A DNA stretch of 64,000 nucleotides from Mobula birostris (GCF_030028105.1 NC_092389.1:26909308-26973307); one strand, 5' to 3'; positions 37,973-50,526 are shown, counted from the stretch's first letter. Numbers and translations are program-made. Notes: generated by a model not told the origin, from the sequence alone.

Positions 37973-38952
37973 AGTGGTAATACTACTGCAGAAAGGGAGC
38001 ATGTCATGGAGGGATCAATTGCTGAGTAAGTGTGGGTGAAAGTCAGAAACAGGAAGGGAGCAATCACTCTACTGGAAGTATTCTATAGGCCACCTCACAA
38101 TAGTAACAGGGACATTGAAGAGCAGATGATCTATGTTCATAGTTGTTGAACATCTATGTCAATATTAATGAAGGACCATCTTCTCTTTGCAATATTATAA
38201 GTATCCTGCATCAGTCATGTCCACCCATTCTGATCAAGCCAAGTTTCTACTCCTCCACGGCTTTTCCAAAAAAAAACAGCTACTTGCAGTTGTGCAGAAC
38301 CTTGGCCGATTTCCATTTCCCATCCTGTGTGGAGATTTTGTGGAGGAAGGATTCAGAATTTTTGGTTTCAGTGGTCTCTGTCCATCAACATAGACATAAA
38401 GCAATCAGTAGGTTGAACCCACAAGGAGATCAGGAGATACCTTCAATACTTGCAATGGAAGGGAGGAAAAATGCAGGTTGCTTGCATTTCCTCAGTAATT
38501 AGAACGAGGATGAATGAGGAGATTTGAGAGATTATGGATAAGGGAAATTAATAACAACCCAACAAAATAAGGTAATAAAAATTCCACTCGGAAGAGGTCC
38601 TTCCAATAGATAAAGACCTTCTAATTTCCGTTAATCTTGCTGCCCAATGCACGTTGCAAATCCAAGGTTGCTTCATGTATTTTACAGCATTCACTGGACA
38701 CCCAGTTCCAACCAAGTTTGTAGAGTAGATTTCCTACAATGTAGTTTTGCAAGGTACACGTCCTACACTACAATAAGTTTCACTGAGGCAGCAACAGAAA
38801 ACAATCTGGAGAGGGAGAGCACAGATACTATGATAGTTCCTGCACCACCATGACACAACTGAGCACTCAGTCCTAGGATCATTGCAGAGCTACCGCAAGG
38901 TTCTAGCTGACTCACACAAAATGCAATTCACCCGTACTGGGACTGACAAGAA

Positions 38953-39812
38953 GTCAAAAGATTCAAAGTACATTTATATCAAAGTATGTATGCAGTATAC
39001 AACTCTGAGATTCGTCTTCCCACAGACAGCCATGAAGCAAAGAAACACCAAGGAACCCATTCAAAGAAAACATCAAACACCCAATAGGCAAAAAAAAGAA
39101 CAAACTGTGCAAACGGCAATAAATGAGTGAATGAATATAAAACACTGAATATAAAACATCAGACCACAGCATTACTGCAACACTCTAAGAATGTTCAGTA
39201 CAGTTCAGCTCAATTCAATTTAGTGCTGTGTCGTTCGTCGACCGCTGGCCACAGAGCCAGTCTGCTCTGATCAAAATCGCACAAAATAGCAATAAAAAAG
39301 GAGTAACCAGAAACCAGAAACACATATAACATGAACTGCAAAGTCAAACCACAAACTGTGCTGATTAAGCCTTGCCCATAACCCAAGACTCTGGGCACCA
39401 GCCTCCAGCATGAGTGTGCGAGAGCGAGAGAGAGACTGGTCACACACAGGCACCTTCCTCTGGCAGCAGCCAGTGAGAGGGTGAGGGAGACCAGTCAAAT
39501 GCGGGCAGATGACACTGAACACCCACTTGCCTTCTGCTCTCGTCCTCGCTGATTTCAATCTCGCTCGACGCTTTACTCAGAGAGATCGTCAAGAAATGGA
39601 GTTGATCATGGGCTCTCGCAGCCCCTCTCCAGGCTTTTTGGCCTGCAAGCCGCACACAACGCTCAAAACCTCATTGAACTCCCTCGGAGACAGCAAAGCG
39701 CCAGATCGCTCAATCAGAGTCAAATTTGAAAGAAGGAGAAGTAAAAGAAGCAGTTTTGTGAACAGTCTGAAGGACGTTGCCTTTGGTCACATTGTTCACT
39801 AGCACCACCTTC
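38953..39812 (-). mobile_element. Long non-coding Rex1-tailed retroposon
   Basis: The minus strand starts AGAAGGTGGTGC (AAGATGGCG-like) and ends ..GATATAAATGTACTTTGAATCTTTTGA. No ORF. Confidence 0.6.
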
Positions 39813-40653
39813 TTCAGATGCACACTCTAGACTACCAGTTTCATCTTCACTTATTGGCTCATATTTTTTTAAAAAAATAGTGTTTAGCAATCAAGTAATA
39901 AAGTACTGCCATCCATGCATGCACGTTGGTACCAAACTGAAATGGTAGTGATTTTACTTTGAATTTCTTACGTATATATTTTTTTCTAAAAAGACTCACA
40001 TCGTCTGAATGTTTTAGCACTTGGCTCTGACCTGAGCATCCAAACAACCTGTGATGACAGTCCAGACAATTTTCAAGGCTCCAGATTCCAATATCTGCAG
40101 TCTCTCACGTCTCCACATTTAAAGGCTGTTCTCTTCGTTATAACTTATTGTAAATTAGTGATCTCAATCTGAGACCATCAACCATGAATTATGGTTGAGT
40201 ATTGAAGCTGAAATTAAATTTCAGCTATTGAAAAGGTAGCACATTAGTCAATCAATGTTAATCTTGTCGCCAGAATCCTGTAAAATGAGACGGGGGGTTA
40301 AAGGGTACTGTGTGTGGGCTGAATGCAGCTTTCATTAAGTCTAACTACACACTGAGATCCGAATAATCAGAGCAGCAAATAACTTCAAACTGGCTATAAA
40401 CATCCCACCTAGTTAAATCAATGTAAACAGAGCACCAACACATACAGTGACAGCCCCAGCTTCAACTCTTGCCAACTCTGGTTGGGCTTCGCACTTCTAG
40501 TCAAACACCACCTTCCATCCTCAACATTCTTATAAATTCAGAAAGTAATATGTTAAAAATTCCCCCAGCTCCCTCCTCCAGCCCCACCCTGTGTCCTGAG
40601 GTTGCTCACAGCCCTGATATTAACCCTTTAATGTTCGGATAGTAATTATGGAT

Positions 40654-40907
40654 TTTTTTTGTGTGCCATACTCTGCCAGAGCCTCGGCGACCACTTTTCA
40701 AGTGATTATCTTGGAGGAAAGATTCTGTGAGTGGTCCCGCACGTCCTTCTCACAGCACAGTTTTTTTTTACGAGGCCGAGCTGCAAGCTCTACACTCAAT
40801 CCGGCACAGATGGAAAGTGCGCCCGGGAGCGGCCCGACTGGATTCGAACTCGGGAACCTTCGCTCCGGAGTCCAGTGCTGATGTCACTGCGCCACCAGCT
40901 GGCCCAT
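40654..40907 (-). mobile_element. tRNA-derived SINE, third tail type (poly-A)
   Basis: A-box TGGCGCAGTGA, B-box GTTCGAATCC. TSD TTATGGAT (40646-40653 / 40908-40915). Confidence 0.85.
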
Positions 40908-40989
40908 TTATGGATGGGGTGGCAAAACTTTCCAGCATATTTGTCGTACACTTTTTGATAATCACAAGGGCTCTGCTCTGCCTCTAGTG

Positions 40990-41069
40990 TGGGGTTTCCC
41001 AACCTGGGGTGCATGGACCCCTTGCTTAATGTTATTAGGCCATGGCATAAAGAAGGTTAGGAACCACTG
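40990..41069. mobile_element. 80-bp hAT (Charlie-type) MITE
   Basis: TIR TGGGGTTTCCCAACCT..AGGTTAGGAACCACTG. TSD CTCTAGTG/CTCTAGAG. Same family as 27567. Confidence 0.8.
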
Positions 41070-41479
41070 CTCTAGAGTTAGCTGCTTTCTGTGAGACATT
41101 TGATGTTGCTCAGAGGTCCCCCGTTCAAATGAGGTTTTACTGGTGCTACTCAAATCACTGAGGCAGACTATCTCCTGTAATCGTGCAATATTTTTGTGTG
41201 CTACATGAGTGAATTTTATTTAAAACCCAATCACTGAACAAAATTGGGATCTTTTTACAGGTAGAGCACAGTTCCAGAAATTCAGTCTAGGTTCCTCATT
41301 CATAAGAAATTTACCAAACCAGAAGCTGGCAGGTACATGCAATAATGTTACACAATGTCACCAATATAAACTTATTTGAGATCAATGAAGAACATGGCCC
41401 ATCAAACCAAAGCAAGCCATAACCTAAGATCTGAGGTGTGTTGCAATATTTTTAGACAGGATCAACACTTCAGCTGCTG

Positions 41480-43040
41480 AGGTATTCAACTGGAAAGTTG
41501 TGCCTTTATTTAAGGAAGGTGGCAGGAATAAGCCAAGAAACAAAAATCCAGTGAGCCTTATGTCACTGGTGGGAAAGTTACTGGAAGATAGTTACAATAG
41601 CTTGATGGAACATTACTGAGAAACAAGATTTATTTGAAATTGGAAAGACTGATTAGGGATAACCAAAATGGCTTTATACATGGGAAATCACGTCCTATGG
41701 ATTTGGTTGAAGAGGTGACCAAGAAAATTCATGAGGGTAGGCTGGTAGACATTGTCTACGTACATGGATTTTAGCAAGGCCTTTGACCAGGTCTTTGACA
41801 ATAGGTTGATCTGTAAGGTTAGAACATTTAATCCCAGGGAACCTAACCAATATCCAACATTGGCTTGGTGGTAGGAAGCAGAGCTTAGTAGGGGAGGATT
41901 GCCTTTCAGATTGGTGGTTTGTGACCAGGGGTGTACCATGGAGATCAGTGATGGGTCCTCTGTAGTTCGCCATGTCTATCACTGACTGAGGTGAGAGCGT
42001 AGGTCGCATGGTTGGCATGTTTGTAGATAGCACCTAAATTAGTGCATGGTGGACAGGGAGGGGTGTCTAAAATTAATTTGGAACATGGGCAAGGTAATGG
42101 CAGATGGAATTTAACTCAGGCAAGTGCAATAGAGTTAAATTTGAGAAGTTAAACCAGGCAAGACGTGCACAATGAATGGCAGGGCCTTTTAGCTATAAGC
42201 AGTAACACCGGTTGACAGGCTGGTGAAGAAAGTGTGCAGCATATTTGTCTTCACTGGCCAAGGCACTGAGTACACAATTTACAATAAACACAAGAAAATC
42301 TGCAGATGCTGGAAATCCAGAGCAACACACACAACATGCCAGAGGAATTCAGCAGGTCAGTGGGCATCCATGGAAATGAACAGTCAACATTTCGGGCCGA
42401 GACCCTTCATCAAGACTGGAAAGGAAGGGGAAAGACACCTGAGTAAAAAGGTGGAGGGAGGAAAAGAAGGATAGCTGGAAGGATGATTTAGAATGTCATG
42501 TTGTTTATATACAGCATTTGAAGTGCTGTGTGCAGTTCAGTTCACCACACAACAGGAAAGAGGTGACTAAGCTGGAGAGGTTGGAGAAAAAATTCACAAG
42601 AGCTTTGCCTTGGTCGGAGGGTTTGAGTTATAACGAGAGATTTGATAGGCAAGGTCTATTTTCCCTAGAACAAAAGAGACAGCGGTTACATGACAGTGGT
42701 ATATAAAATTACAAGAGGCATAGACAGGTTAGATTGCAAAGGTCTGTCTTCCATGGCAGGAGCATCTAAAACTAGAAGGCACGGGTGAGTGAGAGAAGAC
42801 TTAAAGGGACTCTGAAGGGTAAATTTTTCCACACAAAGAGTAGCTTATATCTGGAAAGAGCTGAGGTAACAGAGCAAGAACATTTAAGTGGCATCTGGAA
42901 AAGCAACTGGATGAGCAACGCATAAAAGGATGCAGAATTAATTCAGGGAAGTGGGATTAGTATAGATAGGCATGGTAGTCAGCATAGAGACAATGGGCCA
43001 AAGGGCCTGTTTCTATGCTGAAGAACTCTCTAACTCTAGA
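41480..43040 (+). mobile_element. CR1 ORF2 RT and 3' end, degraded, interrupted by a PLE fragment
   Basis: VVPLFK, PVSLMSLVGKLLE, YMDFSKAFD, GVPWRSVMGP and CCVQFSSPHNRK remnants. Confidence 0.85.
42286..42490 (-). mobile_element. PLE pLTR with full 3' tail and decayed hammerhead (42381-42418)
   Basis: Minus strand reads CAGTC-TTGATGA-A-GGGTCTCGGCCC-GAAATGTT-GACTG. Confidence 0.8.
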
Positions 43041-43142
43041 TGGATCTAAAAGCCACCATGACAACATTGAGGAACAAAAGGAAGCCTAATCCCAATGTCT
43101 TTTTCTCAACCAGCAAACAAAAACAGATCTTGGTTACCAAAC

Positions 43143-43437
43143 ACAAGAGATTCTGAAGATGATGGAAATCCATAGCAACACACACAAAATTCTGTCAGAG
43201 CTCAGCAGGTCAGGCAGCATCTATGGAAATGAATAAACAATCGAAGTTTCAGGCCGAGACCCTTCATCAGGAAAGGAAGGGTCTTCCTACATACTGGAAT
43301 TAATTCTGTATCCTGACTTCTTCCCTCTTCCTTTCCAGTCCTGAAGAAGTGTCTCGGCCCGAAACGTCAACTGTTTATTCATTTTCATAGACGCTGCCTG
43401 ACCTGCTGAGTTCCACCAGCATTTTGTGTGTGTTGTT
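43143..43437. mobile_element. Fold-back PLE mini-element with two oppositely oriented hammerhead motifs
   Basis: Arms at about 43140-43272 and 43335-43440 are inverted. TSD TTGGTTACCAAAC (43130-43142) / TTGGTTACTAAAC (43438-43450). Cores at 43238-43272 (-) and 43336-43373 (+). Confidence 0.85.
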
Positions 43438-43917
43438 TTGGTTACTAAACTGTTTGTGGGGCAGTGTGAATGTACTGCATGCCTCTGAACAATGAAAATT
43501 TTCCATTTGACAGTAAATTATGACAAATCTGGTAAGAAAGTAATAAAAGTGAAAGCTGCAGGAAAGGATATGATATTAAGACATAGGAATCTGAAAGTGC
43601 CAAGTTTGGATTTGGTAAGATGTAGTTTATACTGAAACACAACAGAAGTGAAAAACTTTCACAGTTCAGAGATTGAAGGGATGAGGGAGGTCTAAGGACC
43701 CCTGCTTTCACATTGACTTTTTCAGGCATTACTGAAGCAGCACATAACCTCAAGCACAATGTTATTCGCACCTGCTGCTACACAGCAAATTGCACCGAAT
43801 ATCAAATGCTTGCAGAGGTCCATGCAGCAGTTGTTAAAGTGAGAACCTCGTAAACTGCTACTCCAATTTAAGGGAACAGCTGTGAGTAAAACCATGAGAG
43901 TCAGACTTAGTCCAGCA

Positions 43918-44059
43918 CAGTAGTTCACAATTCTGACATCCAATGAAAGAATGCTTACAGTTACTGAACTCAAAATGGTTCACGTTGTCCAGTAGCTCAC
44001 AATTCTGACATCCAATAAAGAATGCTGAAAGTTACAAATTCAAAATGGTCCATGTTGTT
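43918..44059 (+). repeat. Tandem duplication of about 71 bp
   Basis: CAGTAGYTCACAATTCTGACATCCAAT..CAAAATGGTYCAYGTTGT occurs twice (43918-43989, 43990-44059). Confidence 0.9.
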
Positions 44060-44329
44060 AATAAATAGACTCACTTTTTCTTTAAAAGTGAAAATACGCA
44101 CTTGATACAATAAACAGAATTACATCAGAACCAGAGCCTGGAATTCAATAATTTATTCTAGAATTACTGAAATTTTACGATAGCAGACACAACCTACTTG
44201 CTCCACCTCAAATTTCATCTCAACCCTTTCCTTCTGGCACAGAGCTTCAGTTTCCTAACACCTGGACTATTTGGCATTATTGTACACACAGTGGCCTAAA
44301 AATTCCTCAGCACCTACAAGGGCAAGTAT

Positions 44330-44722
44330 ATAGTCATAGTCATACTTTATTGATCCCGAGGGAAATTGGTTTTCGTTACAGTTGCACCATAAATAATTAA
44401 ATAGTAAGAAAACTATAAATAATTAAATAGTAATATGTAAATTATGCCAGGAAACAAGTCCAGGACCAGCCTATTGGCTCAGGGTGTCTGACCCTCCAAG
44501 GGAGGAGTTGTAAAGTTGGAACGGTCACAGGCAGGAATGACTTCCTATGACACTCTGTGTTGCATCTCGGTGGAATGAGTCTCTGGCTGAATGTGCTCCT
44601 GTGCCCAACCAGTACATTATGTAGTGGATGGGAGACATTGTCCAAGATGGCATGCAACTTAGACAGCATCCTCTTTCCAGACGCCACCGTGAGAGAGCCC
44701 AGTTCCATTCCCACAACATCAC
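44330..44722 (-). mobile_element. Rex1/Babar-related LINE 3' end
   Basis: MLSKLHAILDNVSHPLH..RSTFSQRLIPPRCNTECHRKSFLPV, with an (ATAGTC)n tail. Confidence 0.8.
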
Positions 44723-45015
44723 AAATCCATCAAGACATGTCAACAACTGTTTTGAGGATGACCCCACAGCTTAAAAGCTCAGAGAGTCAGAAGTGCAGAA
44801 GGCATTGTCATGTCACTGTGGATCATAATCAGCCTATTTCCCATACTATACCATTATAAAAGGACAGGCACACTTTTGAGAAGGTGGGAGGTTCTTGGGA
44901 GGAGAGGACAATTAGTCAGGGGTCAGATCAGAGCCAAATGTTAGGGATGGGGTGGGCTGTTAAAAGATTGGACTTTACGAGATAGTGGTGTAGATCGGAT
45001 GCAGTGTGAAGATAG

Positions 45016-45697
45016 AAGTTCAAGTTCAAGTTCAGTTTATTGCCATTTAACTGTACATATGTATACCACCAAATGAGACAACATTCCTCTGGACCAAGGT
45101 GCACCACACAGTACATATACTGTAACTTACAAACATAACATGTAAAGTAATATTACCACAAATAAATTAGCAAACAATGAGGTGCATATACAATACAAGT
45201 TGAAAAGTAAACAGTATATGCTACTGGAGCTTCATATGTTTTGAGACCTGGGTGGTGGCAGGGAGTTCAGTAGTTTTACAGCCTGGGGAAGAAGCTGTTC
45301 CCCATCCTAACAGTCCTTGTTTGAATGCTACGTTACCCCCCGCCTGATGGTAGGGGATCAAAGCGATTGTTGGATGGATGGGAGGGATCATTGACCATGC
45401 CAAGAGCCTGCAACACTCCTGATAAATATCCCCAACGGGTGGAAGAGAGACTCTGATGATACCCTCAGCAATCCTCACAATCCTTTGTAGGGTCTTGTGG
45501 TCGGATGCTTTGCAACTCAGGCACCAGACAGTGATGTAGCTGGTCAGGACACTCTTGAATGTGTTCCTGTAAAAGTTGGCTAGAATGGGGGGCAAGAGTG
45601 GAAGCCTCCCTCATGTCAATCTCCTTACCAAGTGGAGACATTGTGGTGCTTTCTTGACTAAAGAGGTGGTGCTGAAGGACCAGGCGAGATCATCCAT
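45016..45697 (-). mobile_element. Rex1/Babar LINE 3' fragment (older)
   Basis: ILANFYRNTFKSVLTSYITVW..KTLQRIVRIAE, with an (AAGTTC)n tail. Confidence 0.85.
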
Positions 45698-45698
45698 T

Positions 45699-47253
45699 AT
45701 TAGATTAGATTAGATTAAACTTTATTCTCATTGTGCCGAGTACAGATACAAAGCCAATGAAATGCAGTTACCATCTGACCAGAAATGCAAAGAATAGTGT
45801 TATTTACAAAATAACTGCGAATAAAAAGTAAGTGCTACAGCACACAAATATAAAAGTACTGAGACAGTACAATACGGATGCAATGCTGTTTAGTGCTGTG
45901 ATGTGAGGTTCAGCAGGGTCACAGCCTCAGGGAAGAAGCTCTTCCTGTGCCTGCTGGTTCGGGAGCGGAGGCTCCTGTAGCGCCTACCGGATGGGAGGAG
46001 AGTAAAAAGTCCATGGTTAGGGTGAGATGCATCCTTGATAATGCTTTTTGCCCTGCCCAGGCAGCGTTTATGGTAGATGTTCTCAATGGTGGGCAATTGG
46101 GTGCCGATAATCCGCTGGGCAGTTTTCACCACCCGCTGGAGTGCCTTGCGGTCCGATACAGGACAATTGCCATACCACACTGCGATGCAGTTGGTGAGTA
46201 TGCTCTCAATGGTACAGCAGTAAATGTCCGTCAGTATCCTGGGACAGAGGTGAGCTTTCTTGATGCTCCACAGGAAATAAAGATGCTCTTGCACCTTTTT
46301 GATCAGGATGGAGGAGTTCAGGGACCAGGTGAGATCCTCGGAAATGTGGACACCAAGGAATCTGAAGCTTGATACACGCTCCACAACAGCTCCGTTGATG
46401 TAGATGGGGACGTGAGTGTGGCTCCTAGCATGCCTGAAGTCCACAATGATCTCCTTGGTCTTCTGGGTGTTAAGGGCCAGGTTGTTGTCAGCACACCACG
46501 CGGCCCGGTGCTGGACCTCGTCCCTGTAGGCCGTCTCGTTCATCCCCTCTGATCAGGCCAACCACCGTGGTGTCATCTGCGAACTTGATTATGGAGTTAG
46601 AACCATGTACAGGAACGCAGTCATAGGTGAAAAGGGAATACAGAAGAGGGCTTAGCACACAGCCTTGAGGCACGCCAGTGTTCACGGTGAGAGTGGAGGA
46701 GGAGAGGTTGTCTAACTTAACGGATTGGGGTCTGTTAGTCAGAAAGTCCAAGGTCCAATTGCAGAGGGTTGAGGTGATACCAAGCTGGCGAAGTTTGGCG
46801 ATCAGCTTGGAAGGGAACACAGTATTGAATGCCAAACTAAAGTCAATGAACAATATTTTGACGTGAGAGTTGGGGCTGTCCAGGTGGGTCAGGGCAGAGT
46901 GAAGTGCCGTGGAGATGGCGTCCTCTGTAGACCTGTTGGTGTGATAGGCATATTGATGGGGGTCCAGGGTAGTGGGCAGACAGGATTTCAGATGTGATAG
47001 AACCAGTCTCTCAAAGCTCTTTGCAATGATGGGGGTGAGTGCAACTGGATGGAAGTCATTCAGGCCCGTGGTAGTGGAATACTTCGGCATTGGCACGACG
47101 GTGATGATCCTGAAGCTTGTGGGGACAACTGCCTGGACCAGGGACAGATTAAAAGTGTCCGTGAAGACCCCGACCAACTGCCCTGCACAGACTCTGAGCA
47201 CACAGCCAGGTATTCCATCCGGACCAGCTGCCTTCCGTATATTCACCCTGCTC
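45699..47253 (-). mobile_element. Young 5'-truncated Rex1/Babar LINE with a nearly intact RT
   Basis: [49 protein letters not shown], then ..SFFPEAVTLLN. Two stop-free ORFs joined by one frameshift near 46540. (TTAGA)n tail. Confidence 0.95.
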
Positions 47254-47629
47254 AGTATTTCACTCCCACAAACTTGGTGCTCCTAACTCTCTACACAGAG
47301 GAGCTGTGTACCTACAGTAAGAAGTGGTCAGCTTGCACCTTCCTAAAGTACACAATCATCTGTGTGGTCTTGTCCACGGTGAGACTCGTGTCTCAACTTT
47401 AGGTCTTGACTCAATTCTAGAGGAATACAGATGAGTAACCACCCACTGAGTTATCAGTGCCAAGCTGGGACCTGTTCAGCAAGCCCTCGTAAGATACAGC
47501 AACCAAACAGTCCTATTAATACAAAATAATGCTAGAAATACTCAGTAGGTCAGGCAGCATGTACAGAAAGAGAAAAAACAGAGAATTAATGTTTCCAGTC
47601 ACTAATAAAAATGGGAAAAAACAGATATT

Positions 47630-47885
47630 TTAAATTCAAATTCATTTATTTATTGCATGTATGTTGAAACAAACAGTGAAATGCATTATTTGCATTAACA
47701 ACAAACACAACTTAAAGGTGTGCTGAGGGCAGTCCGCAAATGTCACCACGCATTCCATCACCAACATAGCGTGCCGACACAATGCTTGGTAGAACACAAA
47801 ACACAACAACAGTAGAACAAGCTCTTTTCTCACTCCCTCCCACCCAAACACATGGCTAGTCCTCCAACCCCAGTACAAGCTTCTA
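47630..47885 (-). mobile_element. Non-coding retroposon 3' end (same family at about 28735-28870)
   Basis: GTTGAAACAAACAGTGAAATG..GTGCTGAGGGCAGTCCGCAAATGTCACC shared with 28760-28830. Confidence 0.5.
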
Positions 47886-48121
47886 GGCCTCCAGTCTCCA
47901 AGCTGTGGGCTTCGACTTCCAGATTTTCAATCAACTTTTGGAAGTCCAGAATTTTAATTTAGAATCATAGAGGTATAGAGAGAACAGGCCATCAAGTCCA
48001 TGCCAACCATGAACTACCCATTGATACTAATCCTACATGAACCCACTTCTTAAAATAGTCTCCCCACATTCCCAAACACCACTGGTGCCAGAGTATGAAA
48101 ACCCTATATAGAAATCTTCAG

Positions 48122-48179
48122 CATTGTGAAGAACTGAAGTGAAAGCAGATCATTGTGTAGAACTGAAGTGAAAGCAGAT
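48122..48179 (+). repeat. 29-bp tandem duplication
   Basis: CATTGTGWAGAACTGAAGTGAAAGCAGAT occurs twice. Confidence 0.9.
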
Positions 48180-48616
48180 TTTCCTGGACCCAATGGATTG
48201 GCCAAGATGACAACAATGGGGACAATAATGAGGAAACCAGACAATCGTGTTCCAACCACCTGAGTAACCTTGGAGAGATATTGGGAAAGGTTAATGTGGT
48301 CGATCATCTCAAAGGTAACAACAGGTCATGAAGAACAAAGATGGGATAGTTTGTCATTATGACACTCTTATAGGATGGCCAATGACAGCTGTTCCAGTAC
48401 CATGATAGGGGAAGAAATCTGGACAGTTTCTCATTTGGAGTTGCTTCAAAGATGTACGCAAACTTAAAAAGTAACGGGTTTCAGGAAAAGGAGATTGAAA
48501 ATTGGACCGTATTTTCCAAAGTTTAAAGTGTCAAGAATTTAATGACCTTCCCAGTAAGCATACATTGTGTACACATCCAAATTGTGCACTAATACTCAGA
48601 AGGTAGAAACAAAAAC

Positions 48617-50004
48617 GATCGGCCAATTTGGGTAGACTTGGAATTGAAAGCTGTGAAACAGTTTTATTTAACTTCATTATTGGGAGCTGCTTTACCTATA
48701 CAATTAGCTAAAGTTGCTAATTTAAACTTATACCCTGTGATTAAGCATTCTTTACAAACTTGGCTCCAGTTCCACAATTTTTTTAATCTTAAAAAATTTA
48801 AACTTTAAACTTTGTAGTTTAATATATCGAAATTACTTTTTTAAACCTTCTTTGAGTGATCCAATTTTTTTACTTTGGAAAAATAAAGGTATTAATTCTT
48901 TTTTGGATTTATTTAAAGAAGATAGACTGATGTCTTTTGAACAATTAGCTGATAAATATTCTCTTTCATACTCACACTTTTTACAATACCTTCAAGTTAG
49001 ACATTTCTTACAAAAATAGTTAAGTAATTTTCCTTACATATTGGATGCTGACCTGTTAGATACTATTATGAATATGAACCCTTCGATGAAGGGTTCCATT
49101 GGAAGAATTTATAATTTACTATTACAATGGGATAAGCGTGCCTTATTTAAGGTTAAACAAGATTGGGAAAAGGAACTCAATTTGATTTTTATGATGGAGG
49201 ATTGGACGTGGATTCTGAAGCTGGTTAACTCTTCAATCTGTGCTAGTCATTCACTGATTCAATTTAAAATTGTACATCGTTACCATTTGACGAAGGAGAG
49301 ATTGTCTAAAATATTCCCTAATGTTGACAGTTATTGTGATAGATGTAAAACTGAGACAGCTACACTGACGCACATGCTTTGGTCTTGTTCTATACTGGAA
49401 CAGTTCTGGAAGTCAGTTTTTTCCGACAATTTCTAAAGCACGAATTAACTGTGCTTTTTGCAATAATCCCTCAAAATATCCATGGTATCTCTGTGTCTGA
49501 CCAACATGTTATTGCATTTGTTACATTGATAGCTAGGAGGGCCATTTTGTTGAAGTGGAAGGATACATCAGCTCCCACTTTGTCACAATGGTTCTCTCAA
49601 GTGATGCTATGTCTTAGTTTGGAGAAAATTAGAAGCTGAACTTTTGAACCTTCATTTGATTTTGAGAAAAGATGGGGTTCATTTGCTCGTTATTATCATT
49701 TGAGTTAATTGATAGATTTCCTCCACGACCTAATTGTAAATTTTTGGTACATTTTTTTTTCTTGCTGGAGGTTTGATGTTTATCTTTAGAAGCTTTTTGT
49801 ATGATGCATGGCTCTGGGGTTGAACACCTAATGGGGTTTTTTCCCCCCACTTTTTCTTGCTTAGTAGGGTTTTTTTTAAATCACCAAAATTTTTTCAATC
49901 TTTAAAATAATGTTTTTTTTCTTGAGACGTTGTAAGTGTTGCTTACTTCCACATACTCATGTTAATTTTGGATAATAATAATAATAAAAAGATTTGAAAA
50001 GAAA
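48617..50004 (+). mobile_element. L1 LINE 3' fragment
   Basis: HSLIQFKIVHRYHLTKERLSKIFPNVDSYCDRCKTETATLTHMLWSC (CCHC), LIARRAILLKWK, T-rich 3'UTR, A-rich tail. Possible TSD AGAAACAAAAAC/AGAAACAGAAAC. Confidence 0.9.
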
Positions 50005-50279
50005 AGAAACAGAAACTCAGACCAATCTCTTCTCCCACCACCCCCAGAAGATACAGACAGAAAGTGAACCACCTACAACATTGTGGAATCCAACAGGTAT
50101 CAGCTTTAATTAGAACATTAGAAGAATCATCTTTTAATCTAGGGGCTTCAACTGAAGACCGAGGCTAATGGTACAACTCAATATTTTGCTGAATTATCAT
50201 AGAGTTGCCAGCTAACATGTGATATAGGACCAAGGCCTTTCCTGCTTTGTATATTTTTTAAAAATCCAAGACAACGTTC

Positions 50280-50505
50280 TGAGAATAATGACCCAGCCAA
50301 TGTTTATCCTTACATCATCATTAAGCAAATATTCTGCTCATAATCGCATTGCTGCTTATGGGACCTGGCTATGCACAATTGGCTATCTTATTTTCTAAAC
50401 TACTAAAATGATTGTACTTCAAAAGCATTTAACTGATTGTAAAAACACTTAAGACCATACTAAAGCCATAGGTGCTGTAGAAGAATAAAATTCCTCTCTC
50501 TTTCA
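50280..50505 (+). mobile_element. Deu-domain SINE remnant (SacSINE1/AmnSINE1-like)
   Basis: CCAGCCAATGTTTATCC..CGCATTGCTGCTTATGGGACCTGGCTATGCACAATTGGCT..TACTTCAAAAGCATTTAACTGATTGTAAA. Confidence 0.65.
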
Positions 50506-50526
50506 TACATCGGCATGGCACTAAAT

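Noticed and set aside
40830-40903. tRNA gene
   Set aside because: A and B boxes are present, but the sequence continues into a SINE body and tail with a TSD and lacks a clean cloverleaf.
43726-43838. Candidate plus-strand exon (TTTTCAG..AAA|GTGAGA, ITEAAHNLKHNVIRTCC..)
   Set aside because: The peptide is unrecognisable, the donor is weak and there are no partner exons, so it is consistent with chance.
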